Below, piece by piece: positions 60,447-64,000 of a stretch of 64,000 bases of DNA. The number at the start of each line of letters is the position of its first letter. Position 1 is the stretch's first letter. The DNA comes from Octopus vulgaris (Eukaryota): contig OX597830.1 in NCBI GenBank assembly GCA_951406725.2, positions 31,744,001 to 31,808,000 on the forward strand, in the 5' to 3' direction. The notes under the pieces were generated by a model that saw only the letters and a list, made by a program, of their open reading frames with translations, ran no database searches and was not told the DNA's origin. The translations under genes and the position numbers were made by a program.

Positions 60447-60871
60447 CAAGAGAGAAGGAGAGAGAGATAAATAGATAGATAGAGAGAGAGACAGTTTACA
60501 ATTTTCAATATTGTTTGAAGAAATTTGAAGAAATCTGAAGAAATCATCGTTGCTTTTGTTTCCATGAACAAATACGTGTAAATATTTATCTCCTTCAATT
60601 TGAATCTTTGAATGGTCACAAATTTAAAATTCTTCAACAACATACTGATCTCTCTCTCTCTCTCTCTGTCTAAAACATCTCCTTTTCCACTTGGAGAAAC
60701 GTATTTTAAATGTTTTATACAAAAGACTAAAAGCTTTATCAAAAGGAGTCTCATGCTTTTTGTCAGTGAAAAGCAGAAAGAAAGACAACAGAATATATTG
60801 ATTCTGAATATAAGTTCAAACCCCCATAGTACCCAGCAATAAACAATCTCTTCCCACTTTTCAAGACAATC

Positions 60872-60889
60872 TATTATTATTATTATTAC

Positions 60890-60944
<55 letters not shown>

Positions 60945-60951
60945 ATTATTA

Positions 60952-60994
<43 letters not shown>

Positions 60995-61020
60995 CATTAT
61001 TATTATTATTATTATTATCA

Positions 61021-61063
<43 letters not shown>

Positions 61064-61152
61064 CATTATTATTATTATTATTATTATCATCATTATTATT
61101 ATTATTATTATTATTATCATCATTATTATTATTATTATTATTATCATCATTA

Positions 61153-61213
<61 letters not shown>

Positions 61214-61240
61214 CATCATCATCATCATTATTATTATTAT
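60872..61240 (+). repeat. (ATT)n array with ATC variants
   Basis: Direct reading. Confidence 0.95.
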
Positions 61241-61786
61241 TGAGTGAGAGAGCAGTTCATGCCATCAATGTGACACTGGGGTAAAATATATGAAGCCCAA
61301 TATACCCATCATGACTACCCGTCTGATAAAGGTACACCAGGCACATGCATCACAACCATATGTGCGCGACATGGTGATCTCATATCAAGATAAACAGCAC
61401 ATGACCTTGCAGGTGGGGCCCAGTTAGAATTTTCTTCAGGTTGAGTAGCCCATCCCGCTCAAAAGGTCCCTGAATAAGGGTTGTTTAAGGATGTTGAAAG
61501 AACCACCCATGTTTCCAGAGGTGAATTATTCAAACCCCAAAGAATCCCTCTCAACACATGGCTATGATGCTCCCCCACTACTTCTGCTCGTGATCAGAGA
61601 TGCACATATCGTCAGCCACTAAGGGACATACTCAACTGGTTAAGGTCAAACAACTGACAAGCAAATCTGTGGTATTGAGCAGAATATTTGCTGTAGCCCA
61701 TCTTTTATACCAAGACAAAACAATGTACATGATAACACTTCCAATCAGTTAAGATCAGAAGCCATGAAAGCCATTGCCTGGTACTG

Positions 61787-61789
<3 letters not shown>
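61241..61789 (-). mobile_element. Non-coding element of about 550 bp inserted cleanly in a (TAA)n array (LINE 3'UTR or non-autonomous element)
   Basis: Complex sequence with sharp boundaries against (TTA)n on both sides and no listed ORF. Orientation is inferred. Confidence 0.5.
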
Positions 61790-61847
<58 letters not shown>

Positions 61848-61982
61848 GCCTTTGCACAGCTTCTAACACTAGAGATGTACTACAGAGTCAGCTATCGTAC
61901 ATCATTACACAATTTTCAGTTTTGATGGCACCGGCCTTCTTTGTATGTTTTGACAATAGCTCCACGGCATTTTTTATATACA

Positions 61983-62153
61983 TAAAAAGCACCCACTACA
62001 CTCACAGAGTGGTTGGCGTTAGGAAGGGCATCCAGCCGTAGAAACATGGCCAGATCTGTCTGGGCCTGATGCGGCCTTCCGGCTTCACAGACCCCAGTTG
62101 AACCGTCCAACCCATGCTAGCATGGAAAGCGGACGCTAAATGATGATGATGAT
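61983..62153 (+). mobile_element. Family C copy nested in the LINE
   Basis: TAAAAAGCACCCACTACAC...GGAAGGGCATCC...GGACGCTAAATGATGATG. Confidence 0.88.
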
Positions 62154-62676
62154 AAAGCTTTTTTCTTCTGCTTTGATATAGTCTTGGCAACTCATCAAAC
62201 CTCTGCCACCCTTTCTTCTGGACAAGTACAGCCTATCAGTGTCTCTTTTAAGGTGGAAGACTCCTTGTACTTTGAGCATTTTGTCTGGTTTTAGTTTTCA
62301 TTTTAATCACTTCTCTCCTTTGCCATCTTATAATTTCCATTCTATACCATCGCTCATGTATTAACTGCTTGCATTTTATTCCATCCATTCAATTTTGAAT
62401 GCAACACCAGCCTTAGTCTTGAGAAATACTCCACCCTCAGTTGCTCTTTCATTTCCTTTTTCCATTATCTCGTCGAACTTTAGTACACTAAAGTATTTGT
62501 AGCCTTCTGTTTCAATTTGTTTAATCAAGTCTCTACTTGGTAATTTTATCCCTGCTAGGGACTGTACCTTGCCTCTTTTTAGGTAGATTATCCTGCCCTT
62601 CTTGAGTCCAAATTCTATTCCAATATCAGTACTAAAACAGTGGACTGTGCTCACCAAGGAAGTCACTCGTGTCTCA

Positions 62677-62969
62677 GTCTTTATTTCATAAAATTGGCCA
62701 TGGCGGTATTACAAAGAGTAGGGTCACAGCAGGTCCTCATCTCATGGAGAGTACATGGCGTAAAATGTGTGCGGAACCTAGCAACACTATTTTCTGAAGT
62801 TCTCCCACATTAACACTGCAAGGGAATTTTTTGAGCTGCTTATCAAGGCCCTTTTTAATTAGCCCTAATGCTCCAATCTCCACTGGTGCTGTGCTGCTTT
62901 TCATTCCCCACAACTTGGTCACTTCTATTTCTAGGTCTTTGTACTTAAATAACTTCTCAACTTCTTTAA
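62677..62969 (-). mobile_element. Nested 5'-truncated RLE LINE (endonuclease C-terminus plus 3'UTR) with a 7-bp TSD
   Basis: IKEVEKLFKYKDLEIEVTKLWGMK..IGALGLIKKG..LQKIVLLGSAHILRHVLSMR*. TGTCTCA at 62670-62676 and 62970-62976. Confidence 0.92.
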
Positions 62970-64000
62970 TGTCTCATCCTTGCTACACAGTTTCAAATCA
63001 TCCATGGAGACAGTTGGTTGTTTGGGAATTTGCCTTTAGTTGGTACCCCAGGTTCATTTTCCTAAGTACCAAGGTCAGGGATATAATGCAGAGAACAAAA
63101 AGTAACGGGGATAAACTATCACTCTGGAAAATTCCTCTTATGATCCCCAGGGTGCCCAAGCTTTTCCCATCAGATGTCTCTTCAGGAAACACATTACATT
63201 CCTCGCAATTCCTCACAGATCTAAGCACTCAATGATCCACGAATGTGGAATCATATCATAAGTTTTGCGATAGTCAATCTAGGCCATTCCCAAATGTGTT
63301 CTCCTTCGTTTACAATCTTACATTACCATTCTATCTATCAATAATTGATCTTTGGTACCTCTGCATCTCCTTCTTTTTGTTCCATTGGTAATATATTGTT
63401 CTCATCAAGGAATTTGTACAGTTCTTCTGTAATTCCTCCTGGCAGTAATTTCCACATTAATGAGAGGCAAGAAACTGATCTGTTATTGTCAGCAGCATTC
63501 TTCAGACACAACACCGTTTATCCAGACACAACACTGTTCTTAGGACACAACAACATTTAACAAAGCTAAAACTGTCATATCAAAAACTGTCATATCAAAA
63601 AAAAAAACAAAAACAGAAATGAATATCATCTGAGATTGATGCATTTCCACTTAGTTACAAGTGTCTATAAGAAAATCCAATGAAATACTTTGAGCATCGA
63701 AGATACCTTAGCTTACAGTTAATGATCATAAAGATAACCTACATCCAAAACACAATTTGATTAAGCAATCCTGTTAAATCAGATATCTGGATAATTTACA
63801 AATACATACTAGGCAAAAATTTTTCTATAGTTTCAACAAGTGGTATCGTTACCTAAGTAACAATTAATTGGTTAAGTTTATTCTTAGAATTTGACATGAA
63901 ATACTGTTACCAAAACACTACTCATAGGAACCTTACATTTTGCAAAATGAGATACCAACATTAAGAATTCTGAAATTCATAAGATTACAAGCACATGAAA

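Larger units (their letters stand above)
61848..63500 (-). mobile_element. Decayed R4/Dong-type LINE: RT domain, internal deletion and 3'UTR stub, with two nested insertions
   Basis: Minus-strand motifs in order: IDYRKTYDMIPHSWI, RGIFQSDSLSPLLF, MDDLKL, FSTDIGIEFGLKK, YKYF, FHLKRDTDRLYLSRRKGGRGL, YIKNAVELL. The stub 61848-61893 matches the 3'UTR end at 25766-25811. Confidence 0.9.

Overview
This is AT-rich eukaryotic non-coding DNA (intergenic or deep intronic). Its repeat content strongly resembles an Octopus genome, which is inferred from the SINE families and the extreme (AT)n/(ATC)n/(AAT)n load. No host protein-coding gene can be supported, and nearly all listed ORFs are translations of microsatellites or SINEs. 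The window is a mosaic of several tRNA-derived SINE families, an RTE-like non-autonomous family, R4/Dong-type LINE fragments (restriction-like endonuclease, RLE) sitting in (TAA)n arrays, a mariner MITE, a Penelope-like GIY-YIG remnant and kb-scale trinucleotide mosaics. The main hidden signal is three sequence-unrelated type I hammerhead ribozymes with intact cores on the minus strand (41600-41644, 47902-47992, 59978-60052). Each has a palindromic stem III, and several decayed relatives are also present; they are probably Penelope-like pLTR or retrozyme-type elements. Other clear structures are a LINE-in-LINE insertion just past the RT catalytic motif with a 7-bp target-site duplication (TSD), a SINE-in-SINE insertion with an 18-bp TSD, several local inverted duplications and palindromes, and a GC-rich island with G-quadruplex motifs on opposite strands.
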